Shown: positions 46,125 through 55,661 of the stretch, in pieces
How the letters are laid out: each line of letters begins with the position of its first letter
Position numbering within the stretch: position 1 is the first letter of the stretch
Source of the DNA: an uncultured Candidatus Moduliflexus sp.
Lineage (GTDB): Bacteria > Moduliflexota > Moduliflexia > Moduliflexales > Moduliflexaceae
Reading direction: 5' to 3'
DNA: 64,000 nucleotides
Assembly: GCA_964602655.1 (NCBI GenBank)
Contig: CAZRSF010000007.1
Location: forward strand, 49,708 to 113,707
Program-made: the position numbers and the translations under genes
The notes under the pieces: generated by a model
Told to the model about the DNA's origin: nothing
The model's database searches: none
Seen by the model: only the letters and a program-made list of their open reading frames with translations

Positions 46125-47234
46125 ATGCCGGATACATCAGCCGTGCTCATTGTTGAGGATAATCCCGCGCAGTTAGAGACGTTGACCAACATCCTGGAAG
46201 ACGCGGGCTTCCAGCCGGTCGGCTGCGCAACCGGTCGCGCAGCTATCGAAGCCTGCCAGCGGCAAGCATTTCCGGTGGCAATTTTAGATTTACGCCTGCC
46301 GGACATGGATGGGCTGGAAGTGCTAAGCCATCTCAAACAGCGCGCGCCAGAGATGAAGGTGATTATCAACACCGCCTATGCCAGCCTGGAATCCGCCGTA
46401 AGCGCCGTGAATCGCGACGCCTTTGCGTATGTGCAAAAAATGGGGGATGTGGCTGAACTGATCAACCATGTTCACCGTGCGTTTCATGCCCATCTTGTCG
46501 GCTATAGCGCCCGCTTAGAACAGGAGGTGCGTGCCCGCACCGCCGAACTATCCGAAGCCAATACGGGCTTGCAGCAGGAGATCGAAGAGCGCAAGCGGGT
46601 GGAAGAACGCCTGAATATCGCGCTGAAAGAGAAAGAGGTGTTGATGCGCGAAATTCTGCACCGCACCAAAAACAATATGATGGCGATCAGCAGCCTGCTC
46701 GCCGTGCAATCTTCCCGTTTGCAAAATGACGAGGAGTTCCACCATTTCGAGGAAATTTCCTATCGCGTCCAGGCCATGTTGATGGTGCAGCAGCAACTTT
46801 ACGAATCACAGGATTTCAGGAATTTGACGCTTGACACGTACCTTGAAGATTTAGCCTGCGCGATCTTCCATAATCTCAACACCAATCGAGGCCGAATCGA
46901 GGTCAAATTCAATCTTGCGCCGGCGCTGGTGTCTGCCGATACGGCGATCCCCTGCGGCCTGCTGCTCAACGAACTGCTTACCAATGCCGTAAAATATGCC
47001 TTCCCGAACGGTCGCGACGGCGAAATCCTGATCGCGCTGCATCCGAAAGAGGCTGACCAGCTTGAAATTCGGGTCAGGGATACTGGCGTGGGATTGCCGG
47101 ATGATTTCGAACTAAGGCAGGCGAATTCATTGGGATTGCAGCTTGTCAGTAGTTTTGTCAAACAACTTCACGGAACGCTGAACATCACGCGCGCGCCGGG
47201 CGCGGAATTTGTGATTCGATTCCCAAAGCGTTAA
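46125..47234 (+). CDS. hybrid response-regulator receiver plus HisKA_2/HWE-type histidine kinase
   Basis: REC domain (LIVEDN, ILDLRLPDMDG, KVIINTAY, YVQKM), a coiled-coil linker, the H-box EILHRTKNNM and an HATPase_c domain. Confidence 0.85.
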   Translation: MPDTSAVLIVEDNPAQLETLTNILEDAGFQPVGCATGRAAIEACQRQAFPVAILDLRLPDMDGLEVLSHLKQRAPEMKVIINTAYASLESAVSAVNRDAFAYVQKMGDVAELINHVHRAFHAHLVGYSARLEQEVRARTAELSEANTGLQQEIEERKRVEERLNIALKEKEVLMREILHRTKNNMMAISSLLAVQSSRLQNDEEFHHFEEISYRVQAMLMVQQQLYESQDFRNLTLDTYLEDLACAIFHNLNTNRGRIEVKFNLAPALVSADTAIPCGLLLNELLTNAVKYAFPNGRDGEILIALHPKEADQLEIRVRDTGVGLPDDFELRQANSLGLQLVSSFVKQLHGTLNITRAPGAEFVIRFPKR

Positions 47235-47299
47235 CGGAACAGGGCGATGACATTCTCATGACAAAACTTAACAACCCCGCGCCATAGGAGCAACGACGA

Positions 47300-49519
47300 A
47301 TGGCATCACAACACGTATTTCATGCCGATTCGATTTCCCGACGATTGACGATCAGCCTCGTGCTCATGGTGGCAATTTTCGCCTGTGGCGTCGCTGCCGC
47401 GTTTTATTTTGAGGCCAACGCGCAAGCCGAGCGCGAATTACTCAAACATGCCGACGAGATGATCGAATACCTCTCCGGCGTGATCGCTCTTCCGCTCTGG
47501 AATTTTGATGCGCATGCCGTGACGGCGATTGGCGAGACATTGGCGCAGAACGCGCTGGTGAAAACTCTCGTCATCACAGACCATTCCGGCAACGTCGTGT
47601 ATGCGTATCAAAACGACCGCGATGCGATATGGATTACACGCGCGCATCACATTCAGCATAAGGGCGAAATCATCGGAAACATACAGTTGACGTTCACGAA
47701 ACAGCCCGGCCACCAGGCGCAACGCGCGTTGCTCCGGGTGCTGCTCGCGACCACTGCCATGATTTTGCTGGCGTTAGGTCTCTTAAGCGGCGTCCTGATT
47801 CGCGTTTTTCTCCGCCGTTCATTGCAACGCCTCAATGCGATTGTGAATGCGTATGCGGCAGAAAAATATGATGGCGTGTGGGATATGCCGCTGCCATATC
47901 TCGAATTTCAGCCGTTCGGCGACGTGCTGAGGCGTCTGGGAATGACCATCAGTCAACAGATGAAGCGGTTGCAGGAAAGCGAAGAGCGCTATTGCAAGGC
48001 ACAAGCAATAGGACATGTCGGTAACTGGGAATATCACTTGCAAACCAATCATTTCTGGGGGTCTGACGAAGCCAAACGCATCTACGGCTTCGATCCCGCG
48101 CAGAGCGATTTTTCCACCGACGCCGTCGAAAATTGCATTCCGGAAAGGGAGCGGGTGCATCAGGCATTGATTGACCTGATCGAATCCGAGAAACCGTATA
48201 ATTTGGAATTCGAAGTCCTCCCCAAAAATTCCTCCGAACCGAAAATCATCGCGTCTATCGCCGAATTAGTGCGCGACGAACGCGGCGATCCATTGAAAGT
48301 CGTTGGCGTCATTCAGGACATCACCGAGCGCAAGCGGGCGGAGAAGGCTTTGCGAGAAAGCGAAGAGCGTTTCCGTTTCGTGCTCGATAACTCGCTCGAT
48401 GCGGCATATCGTCGCAATTTGCAAACTGACTGTTACGATTACATCAGCCCCGTCATCGATCACGTTCTCGGTTGGTCAATCGAAGACATGAATCGCATGG
48501 ATACCCAGACCGTGCTGGCTCTCATTCATCCCGATGATGTGGCGATGATTGCGCAGGAAATCGAACGAACCAATGCGCTGTGTCAGGCCACTGGTCGAGC
48601 GACAGGGATGCTGGAATACCGCATCCGCGATCAAGATGGTGAGTATCGTTGGGTGGGCGATACCATCACGACGCTGGCCGATAAGGAAGGCCGCCCGTTA
48701 TATCGCTTAGGCATTGTGCGTGACATCACCGACCGTAAACGCGCCGAGGAATTGATCAAAAATCAGAATCTCCTGTTGGAACAAGCGATACAGCAAAAAC
48801 AACGGGAGATGGAAGCAATGTTCGACAAGCTGATGCGGCAGGAAAAACTCGCCACCATCGGACAAATGGTCGGCAGTATCGCGCATGAATTGCGCAATCC
48901 TCTCGGCGCGGTCAAGCAAGCGGTCTATTACCTCAAACAATTAGCGCAGAAACAGCAACTGACGTCGTCCCATCCCAAAGTCCTGCGCCATCTGGAACTC
49001 ATGGACAGGGAATTGAATGCCTCGGAACGGGTCATCGCCGATCTGCTCGACATGACGCGCATGAAACCGGCGCATTGTGTCGAGACCGATTTCCGTCCGA
49101 TTCTCGACGACGTGATTGCCCAGATGCATCTACCGGAGCAGGTGCGCGTGACCATCACGTTGGAACCCGACCCGTGTTTCATTTATGCCGATCCGCTGCA
49201 AATGCGACAGGTCTTGCTGAACGTGCTGACGAATGCGGCGCAGGCGATTGAGGGGGAAGGCATGATTACGATCAGCGCAAACGCATTGACAGAGCCGCGA
49301 GAAGCAGTGATTGAGATTCACGATACTGGCGTCGGTGTTGCGCCAGAGGCCGTTCAGAAGGTCTTCGAGCCGTTGTACACGACGAAAGCGACAGGCACGG
49401 GGTTAGGGTTAAGCATTTGCAAGCAGATCGTCGAAGCGCACCAGGGGCGAATCAGCCTGATAAGTCAATCGGAACAGGGGACAACCGTGACGATTGCGCT
49501 GCCCGATCAGACGGATTGA
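47300..49519 (+). CDS. membrane sensor histidine kinase (2 TM, extracytoplasmic loop, 2 PAS, HisKA, HATPase)
   Basis: H-box GSIAHELRNPL, N/G boxes LTNAAQA and DTGVGV..GTGLGLS, and PAS linkers ITERKRAEKALRESEERFR. Confidence 0.9.
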   Translation: MASQHVFHADSISRRLTISLVLMVAIFACGVAAAFYFEANAQAERELLKHADEMIEYLSGVIALPLWNFDAHAVTAIGETLAQNALVKTLVITDHSGNVVYAYQNDRDAIWITRAHHIQHKGEIIGNIQLTFTKQPGHQAQRALLRVLLATTAMILLALGLLSGVLIRVFLRRSLQRLNAIVNAYAAEKYDGVWDMPLPYLEFQPFGDVLRRLGMTISQQMKRLQESEERYCKAQAIGHVGNWEYHLQTNHFWGSDEAKRIYGFDPAQSDFSTDAVENCIPERERVHQALIDLIESEKPYNLEFEVLPKNSSEPKIIASIAELVRDERGDPLKVVGVIQDITERKRAEKALRESEERFRFVLDNSLDAAYRRNLQTDCYDYISPVIDHVLGWSIEDMNRMDTQTVLALIHPDDVAMIAQEIERTNALCQATGRATGMLEYRIRDQDGEYRWVGDTITTLADKEGRPLYRLGIVRDITDRKRAEELIKNQNLLLEQAIQQKQREMEAMFDKLMRQEKLATIGQMVGSIAHELRNPLGAVKQAVYYLKQLAQKQQLTSSHPKVLRHLELMDRELNASERVIADLLDMTRMKPAHCVETDFRPILDDVIAQMHLPEQVRVTITLEPDPCFIYADPLQMRQVLLNVLTNAAQAIEGEGMITISANALTEPREAVIEIHDTGVGVAPEAVQKVFEPLYTTKATGTGLGLSICKQIVEAHQGRISLISQSEQGTTVTIALPDQTD

Positions 49520-49563
49520 GGGCGTAACATGAGTCACGCTTGAAACCCCAGGAGATACCTGAG

Positions 49564-50709
49564 ATGACACATGAAACTACGTTAGGCACGGCTTCACATG
49601 TATTGATCGTCGAAGACAACGCCGCTCAGTTGGAAACCTTGATCGAAATCCTCCGTACCGAGCGTTTGCAGCCGATCGGATGCCAATCCGGGCAGGAGGC
49701 GCTCGCGGCGATTCGAGGCCAACAGGTAAATGTCGCCATTCTGGATTTGCGGTTGCCGGATATGGACGGGTTAGACGTGTTACAACAACTCAAACAGTAC
49801 AATCCCCGACTCAAAGTCATTATCAACACGGCCTATGCCAGCATGGACACCGCAGTCGAAGCGCTGAACCGCGATGCCTTTGCGTATGTGCAGAAGATGG
49901 GAGATGTCGAAGAATTATTGACGCATGTCCATCGGGCGTTTCATGTCTATTTCGAGGAACGCGCGCACACGCTTCAGGCTGCGAATGTCGAGTTGGAGCG
50001 CGTGAACCGGATGAAAGACGAATTTCTGACGACGGGGAGTCACGAATTACGGACGCCGCTGCATGTGATTTTAGGCATGGCCGAGGTCTTGCGAGACGGA
50101 CTCTATGGCCCGTTGAATCCCAAACAGGAGCATGCGGTGGAGCAAATCCAGGCCAAAAGCCGCCAACTCCAGCAGATCACTCAAGACATGCTCGATCTTT
50201 CCAAGATTCAGCTTGGGCGTGTCTCCCTCAATCGGGATGCCGTGTTCCTCAAAGAGGTCTGTCACGCCGAATTAGAGCGCTTTTATCGCCAGATTCAGGC
50301 GAAAAATTTACATGTCGAGTTCATGTTCGATGATGATGTCACCGCCATTCAGGCGGATGAAATTCAGGTGAGCCGGATGGTGAATCATCTGTGCGACAAT
50401 GCCATCAAATTCACCCCGGAAGGTGGGCGGATCGGGGTGGAAGTGCAAGGGGATCGCGCCAGCGCGCACGTGCGTTTGAGTGTGTGGGATACCGGGGTCG
50501 GCATTGCGCCGGAAAATATCCCGCGCATCTTGCAGCCCTTCGTACAGGAAGATGGCAGCCTGACTCGTTCGTATGAGGGCATCGGGCTGGGATTGACTGT
50601 GGTCGCGTGTTTGGCGCAGTTGCATGGCGGCAGCCTGACGGTGGAAAGCACGCCCGGCCAGGGCAGCCGTTTTACGGTAACATTCCCCTGGAATCCATCG
50701 CAACCCTAA
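49564..50709 (+). CDS. hybrid response-regulator receiver plus HisKA histidine kinase
   Basis: REC domain paralogous to those at 46125 and 53765. H-box GSHELRTPL and an HATPase_c domain. Confidence 0.85.
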   Translation: MTHETTLGTASHVLIVEDNAAQLETLIEILRTERLQPIGCQSGQEALAAIRGQQVNVAILDLRLPDMDGLDVLQQLKQYNPRLKVIINTAYASMDTAVEALNRDAFAYVQKMGDVEELLTHVHRAFHVYFEERAHTLQAANVELERVNRMKDEFLTTGSHELRTPLHVILGMAEVLRDGLYGPLNPKQEHAVEQIQAKSRQLQQITQDMLDLSKIQLGRVSLNRDAVFLKEVCHAELERFYRQIQAKNLHVEFMFDDDVTAIQADEIQVSRMVNHLCDNAIKFTPEGGRIGVEVQGDRASAHVRLSVWDTGVGIAPENIPRILQPFVQEDGSLTRSYEGIGLGLTVVACLAQLHGGSLTVESTPGQGSRFTVTFPWNPSQP

Positions 50710-50774
50710 AGCATCCTTCAGGTGTTTTCATCGCCGTAATTGGTCATGCCATCGTTTCAAGGAGGAAGCGGGAT

Positions 50775-53750
50775 ATGCGAATTGCGAGACTTTCTCACAT
50801 GCCCACCGTTCGGGTGCGGTTGCTCCTGGCTTTTGCGTGCATTTTGGGCGTACTGATCGTCCAGAGCGGATTTGCGATCTACACCTTTCATGGCGTGATT
50901 GCGACCCGACAGCAGGCATTAATGAGCCAAATCCATCTGAGTACGTTCAGATATGATCTGGCCGCTGTGCGGATCAATTTGCTTCAGTTGCTTGGCACAA
51001 CAAACCCAGATGCGATCACGGCTCTGCAACGCACGATTGAACAGCAGTTTCAGCAGCTTGCCGGGCAGCTTGACACGCTTGCCCTGCCGTCGGATTTTTT
51101 CGTCCAAAGCCACGCCACTTATCAGGAAATCATCACGCTGCACCGGAATGCTGAGACGCAAAAAGCCTATGAACTCATGCATACCAGATCCGACCGCGAA
51201 TATGAAGCCCTTTCAGACATGCTCAACATTCGGGGGGGCGTCATCGAAACGACTGCCGAGGCCACTTTGCGCCACGCTAACCGCCAATTCATCGTGTCGA
51301 TCTGTCTGTTGGGCGTGATCGGCCTGCTGACGACCGTGTTTTTGGAACGCAATGTATTCCGCCTCAATCAGCAGCTTGCCAGGGAGATCGAAGAACATAC
51401 ACGCATTGCCGAGGCGTTACGGAACAGCGAGGAGCGTTTGAACAATGTGTTGGAAATTTTACCGGTCGGCGTGTGGCTCGCCGATAAGCATGGTGTCATT
51501 GTTCATGGCAATCCTGCCGGGCAACACATCTGGACGGGTGCGCATTACGTGGGACCAGAGCGGTACGGCGAGTATAAAGCCTGGTGGGTTGCGACGGGTG
51601 AAGCGCTCAAACCTGAGGATTGGGGGGTGGCGCGCGCGATTACGCGCGGCGAAAGTTCAATCGAAGAAGAAATTGAAATCGAATGTTTTGACGGGACGCA
51701 TAAAATCATCTTGAATTGGGTTGTTCCGCTGTGGGGGCACGATCACACCATTGAGGGCGCCGTGGTTGTGAATCAGGATATTACGGAACGCAAGCGGGCG
51801 GAGAAAACGTTGCGCAAGAGCGAAGAGCGGTTCCGCTGGTTGTTCGACAACTCGATCAATGCCGTGGCGTTGCATGAGATTGTGGTGAATGATCGGGGCG
51901 AACCTGTTGATTATATTTTCCTCAACGTGAATCATGGATTCGAAGTCCATACCGGGATGCGTGCCGCCGATATTGTCGGCAAGCGCGTCACGCAAGCGTT
52001 CCCCGGCATTGAAAAAACGAACCTTATTGCCATATATGGCAACGTCGCCCTCACCGGCGAGCCAACATCCTTCGAGATGTATTTCGAGCCGCTGCAACGT
52101 GACTATAATATTACGGCCTATCAAGTCGGCAAAGGCCGGTTTGCAGCAGTTTTTGAGGACATCACCGACCGCAAGCGAGCCGAGATGGCGTTACGGGAGA
52201 GTGAGGAACGGCTCCGTATGGTGATCGATAATTCGCGCGATGGCATCAACTTGTTAGACCTCAGGCTCGGACGCTATACCTTCATGAGTCCTGCTCAGGT
52301 GGAATTGACCGGATTCAGCATCGAGGAAATGAATGATTTGCCGGTCGAGGAGGCCTACGAGCGCGTCCATCCGGACGACCGCGAGATTTCGATTTCTCAG
52401 CAACAGCGGGTTGCGGCAGGAGAGGATATCGTGACGCCCGTTGAGTACCGCTGGAAGGTCAAGAGCGGGGAATACCGCTGGTTCAGCGATAGCCGCAAGG
52501 CGATCCGCGACGAACAGGGGCGAACGATTGCTTTGGTGGGGGTCAGCCGCGACATTACTGAGTATAAGCGAGCCGAGGAAGCGCTGCATGAGAGCGAAGA
52601 ACGTTTCCACGCGGCGTTGGAGGCGTCGCTTCAGGCGTTTACGATCATGCGGAGTATGCGCGATGCGCAACGCCGGATCATTGATTTTGAGTGGACGTAT
52701 GCGAATCCGATGGCCGGCGAAATTCTGAAGCAACCACCGGAAACGCTTGTTGGGCGGCGCTTATTGGACACCCTGCCGGGCAATCGTGAGAATCGCGCAT
52801 TATTCGACCGCTATGTGCGGATCGTTGAAAGCGGCCAGGGCGATGAGATGGAATTGGAATACGTCTCTGAGGGCATTTCCGGGTGGTTTCGGAATATGGC
52901 GGTCAAGCTTGGCGACGGCGTGGCCATCTCCTTCAGCGATATCACCGACCATAAACGGGCTGAGGAACTGCTCAAAAACCAGAACGTGCGATTAGAACAA
53001 GCCGTGCAACAGAAACAGCGTGAAATGGAGGGCTTGTTCGAACGCTTGCTGCGCCAGGAAAAACTGGCGACTATCGGGCAAATGGCCGGCAGCATCGCGC
53101 ATGAATTGCGTAACCCGCTCGGCGCGGTCAAACAATCCGTCTTTTACTTGAAACGGCTGGCGCAGCGGCAGGAACTCACGATGTCGAATCCGAACGTCTT
53201 GCGTCAGTTGAACTTAATGGACGCGGAACTGAACATCTCGGGACGGGTCATTACCGATCTGCTCGACATGACGCGCATGAAACCGCTGCAATGTCAGGCA
53301 ACGGATTTGCGCGCCCTTCTCGCGGATGCCATTGCGCGTTGTCATCTGCCGGATCAGGTGCGCGTGACCATCGCGCTGGAACCGGAACAATTCGTCATCT
53401 TCGTTGATCCGTTGCAAATGCGGCAGGTCGTGCTGAATATCCTGACCAATGCGATGCAGGCGATAACGGGCGAAGGCGCAATCACGATCCGCGCTCGACA
53501 ACTGGCCGAGCAGCAGGAATCGGTCATCGAGATTCATGACAACGGTGTCGGCCTGACGCCAGAGGCGCTTCAGAAGGTCTTCGAACCGCTCTATACGACC
53601 AAAGCCATTGGCACGGGTTTAGGTTTGAGCATCTGCAAACAGATTATCGAGAGCCATGATGGGCGCATCAGCCTGACAAGCGAACCGGGGCAGGGCGCGA
53701 CCGTCACGATTGCGCTGCCCTGGAATGATAATCGCGTGACCAATTATTGA
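50775..53750 (+). CDS. membrane sensor histidine kinase with multiple (about 4) PAS domains
   Basis: Trimmed to MRIARLSH after a GGAGGAA RBS. The C-terminal ~260 aa are paralogous to the kinase at 47300..49519. Confidence 0.9.
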   Translation: MRIARLSHMPTVRVRLLLAFACILGVLIVQSGFAIYTFHGVIATRQQALMSQIHLSTFRYDLAAVRINLLQLLGTTNPDAITALQRTIEQQFQQLAGQLDTLALPSDFFVQSHATYQEIITLHRNAETQKAYELMHTRSDREYEALSDMLNIRGGVIETTAEATLRHANRQFIVSICLLGVIGLLTTVFLERNVFRLNQQLAREIEEHTRIAEALRNSEERLNNVLEILPVGVWLADKHGVIVHGNPAGQHIWTGAHYVGPERYGEYKAWWVATGEALKPEDWGVARAITRGESSIEEEIEIECFDGTHKIILNWVVPLWGHDHTIEGAVVVNQDITERKRAEKTLRKSEERFRWLFDNSINAVALHEIVVNDRGEPVDYIFLNVNHGFEVHTGMRAADIVGKRVTQAFPGIEKTNLIAIYGNVALTGEPTSFEMYFEPLQRDYNITAYQVGKGRFAAVFEDITDRKRAEMALRESEERLRMVIDNSRDGINLLDLRLGRYTFMSPAQVELTGFSIEEMNDLPVEEAYERVHPDDREISISQQQRVAAGEDIVTPVEYRWKVKSGEYRWFSDSRKAIRDEQGRTIALVGVSRDITEYKRAEEALHESEERFHAALEASLQAFTIMRSMRDAQRRIIDFEWTYANPMAGEILKQPPETLVGRRLLDTLPGNRENRALFDRYVRIVESGQGDEMELEYVSEGISGWFRNMAVKLGDGVAISFSDITDHKRAEELLKNQNVRLEQAVQQKQREMEGLFERLLRQEKLATIGQMAGSIAHELRNPLGAVKQSVFYLKRLAQRQELTMSNPNVLRQLNLMDAELNISGRVITDLLDMTRMKPLQCQATDLRALLADAIARCHLPDQVRVTIALEPEQFVIFVDPLQMRQVVLNILTNAMQAITGEGAITIRARQLAEQQESVIEIHDNGVGLTPEALQKVFEPLYTTKAIGTGLGLSICKQIIESHDGRISLTSEPGQGATVTIALPWNDNRVTNY

Positions 53751-53764
53751 GGCAAGGGAACACT

Positions 53765-55003
53765 ATGGAATACGCATCTGCCATTCTTATCGTCGAAGAT
53801 AATCCTGCGCAATTAGAGACGTTGCTGGATATTCTCGAAACCGACGGGTTGCAGCCTATCGGGTGTCTTTCCGGTCGCGAGGCGCTCGCGGCCTGCGAGC
53901 AGCACGCGGTGCATGTGGCGATCCTCGATCTGCGTTTGCCTGATATGGACGGCCTGACGATATTGCAGCGGTTGAAAGAGCGCGTCCCGGATATTAAGGT
54001 GATTATCAATACCGCGTATGCGTCGCTGGAATCCGCGATTGAAGCGGTCAATCGCGACGCCTTTGCCTACGTGCAGAAAATGGGCGATCCCGACGAATTA
54101 TTAGCCCATGTGCATCGCGCCTTTCATGCGCATTTAGCCGGATACAGCGAACGCCTGGAACAGGAGGTGCGTCAGCGGACGGACGAACTCATACAGGCGA
54201 ATACAAGTTTACGCCAGGAAATCGCAGACAGAACGCGGGCGGAGGAGGAAATCCGCCGGTTGAATGTCGAATTGGAAATGCGAGTGCAACAACGCACCGC
54301 GCAATTGACGTCCGCCAACGAGGAATTAAAAAATTTTGCCTATATCGTCTCGCACGACCTGAAAGCCCCGCTGCGGAATATCTCGCAATTGGTCACCTGG
54401 CTCGTCGCCGACTATGTGGCGGCATTCGATGCGCAGGGGAAGGAGTATGCGGACTTGCTGCTGAGCCGCGTCAAACGCATGGATAACTTGATCAACGGCG
54501 TGCTGGAATATTCGCGCGCCGGGAGTGTCGCCGATCAAGACGAACCGGTCGCTCTGAACCGCCTGCTGTCGGACGTGCTGGATACGTTGTCCCCGCCGCC
54601 GCAGATTCGCGTCACCGCGCCGCCGGATTTGCCCATGCTGGAAGGCGATCCGACGCGCATTGCGCAAGTGTTTCAGAATCTTATCGGCAACGCGATCAAA
54701 TTTATCGGCAGTTCGCAGGGGGAAATTGTCGTCAACTGCGCCGACGCCGGGGAGTTTTGGCAATTCGCCGTGACCGATAACGGACCAGGAATCGAGCCGC
54801 AGCATCACGAGAAAATTTTTCAGATTTTTCAGACCCTTCACTCGCGCGATGAGCATGAAAGCACGGGGGTCGGGCTGACCATTGTCAAAAAGATCGTCGA
54901 ATTCTATGGTGGAAACATTTGGGTGGAGTCACAATCCGGCCAGGGGAGTACGTTCAAATTTACGTGGCCGAAGACGCGTATCACGCCCCTGAATCAGCGA
55001 TAA
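53765..55003 (+). CDS. hybrid response-regulator receiver plus HisKA histidine kinase
   Basis: REC domain plus the same linker as 46125..47234, the H-box VSHDLKAPL and an HATPase_c domain. Confidence 0.85.
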   Translation: MEYASAILIVEDNPAQLETLLDILETDGLQPIGCLSGREALAACEQHAVHVAILDLRLPDMDGLTILQRLKERVPDIKVIINTAYASLESAIEAVNRDAFAYVQKMGDPDELLAHVHRAFHAHLAGYSERLEQEVRQRTDELIQANTSLRQEIADRTRAEEEIRRLNVELEMRVQQRTAQLTSANEELKNFAYIVSHDLKAPLRNISQLVTWLVADYVAAFDAQGKEYADLLLSRVKRMDNLINGVLEYSRAGSVADQDEPVALNRLLSDVLDTLSPPPQIRVTAPPDLPMLEGDPTRIAQVFQNLIGNAIKFIGSSQGEIVVNCADAGEFWQFAVTDNGPGIEPQHHEKIFQIFQTLHSRDEHESTGVGLTIVKKIVEFYGGNIWVESQSGQGSTFKFTWPKTRITPLNQR

Positions 55004-55190
55004 CATTCGGTAGCGCCTTCGCGATCACAATCCGCGCAAAATAGTAGTCGGTGCGATTTTATTTTTCGTTGGGAAACTTTTTCTTGATTGTGACCGTCTA
55101 TAACGATAAGATGAAGATATTCCTTCCATTCGATTCGTCATGCTCTTTTCAAGGACGCAGCGGAGGGATGATGGCCCCGGAGAATACGTT

Positions 55191-55643
55191 ATGATCAAGG
55201 CAAAAGAGTACCTCAAAATCATCAGCGTTATGCTGTTCGGCGGAGCGTGCGTATTGTGGTGTGGATATGCCAGGGCAGAGGAAATCATGCTGATTACGCA
55301 TAAAGGCGGCGCGAACACAGTGACAATGCGCAAAGAAGACATCAAGCAGATTTTCTTAGGGCAAAAAACCAGATGGGACGATAATTCCGTCATTCATTTT
55401 GTCGTCTGCACAGAGGAACACTCATTACTGACGTTTTTGAAAAATTATGTAAAAAAAACCCCGATTCAATACAATAATTACTGGAAAAAGCTGGTATTCA
55501 GCGGAAAAGGTATTATGCCGAAGATGTTCGACACTCCCCCAAAAGTGCTGGAATTCGTGTCGAATACTGAAGGGGCGATCAGTTTTATCAGCGCGCAAGA
55601 TGTGGACACAGAGCGCATCAACATCGTCACTGTGTCCGATTGA
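55191..55643 (+). CDS. small secreted PBP-like (PstS/PBP_like_2-type) protein
   Basis: Signal peptide, then a ~125-aa domain ending in the GAISFISAQDV-type motif seen in phosphate-binding-protein-like domains. Tentative. Confidence 0.45.
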   Translation: MIKAKEYLKIISVMLFGGACVLWCGYARAEEIMLITHKGGANTVTMRKEDIKQIFLGQKTRWDDNSVIHFVVCTEEHSLLTFLKNYVKKTPIQYNNYWKKLVFSGKGIMPKMFDTPPKVLEFVSNTEGAISFISAQDVDTERINIVTVSD

Positions 55644-55661
55644 GCGCATGGAGAAGTATTC

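Noticed and set aside
50607-50774. N-terminal extensions offered by the ORF track. Examples are 50607..50774, 24148..24285, 43732..43896, 45861..45938, 9246..9368, 11840..11908, 15438..15503, 60023..60142, and the TTG starts at 46095, 49540 and 53747.
   Set aside because: In each case an internal ATG preceded by a good Shine-Dalgarno sequence begins the conserved domain or signal peptide. The extension overlaps the upstream gene or a repeat and has no family signature.
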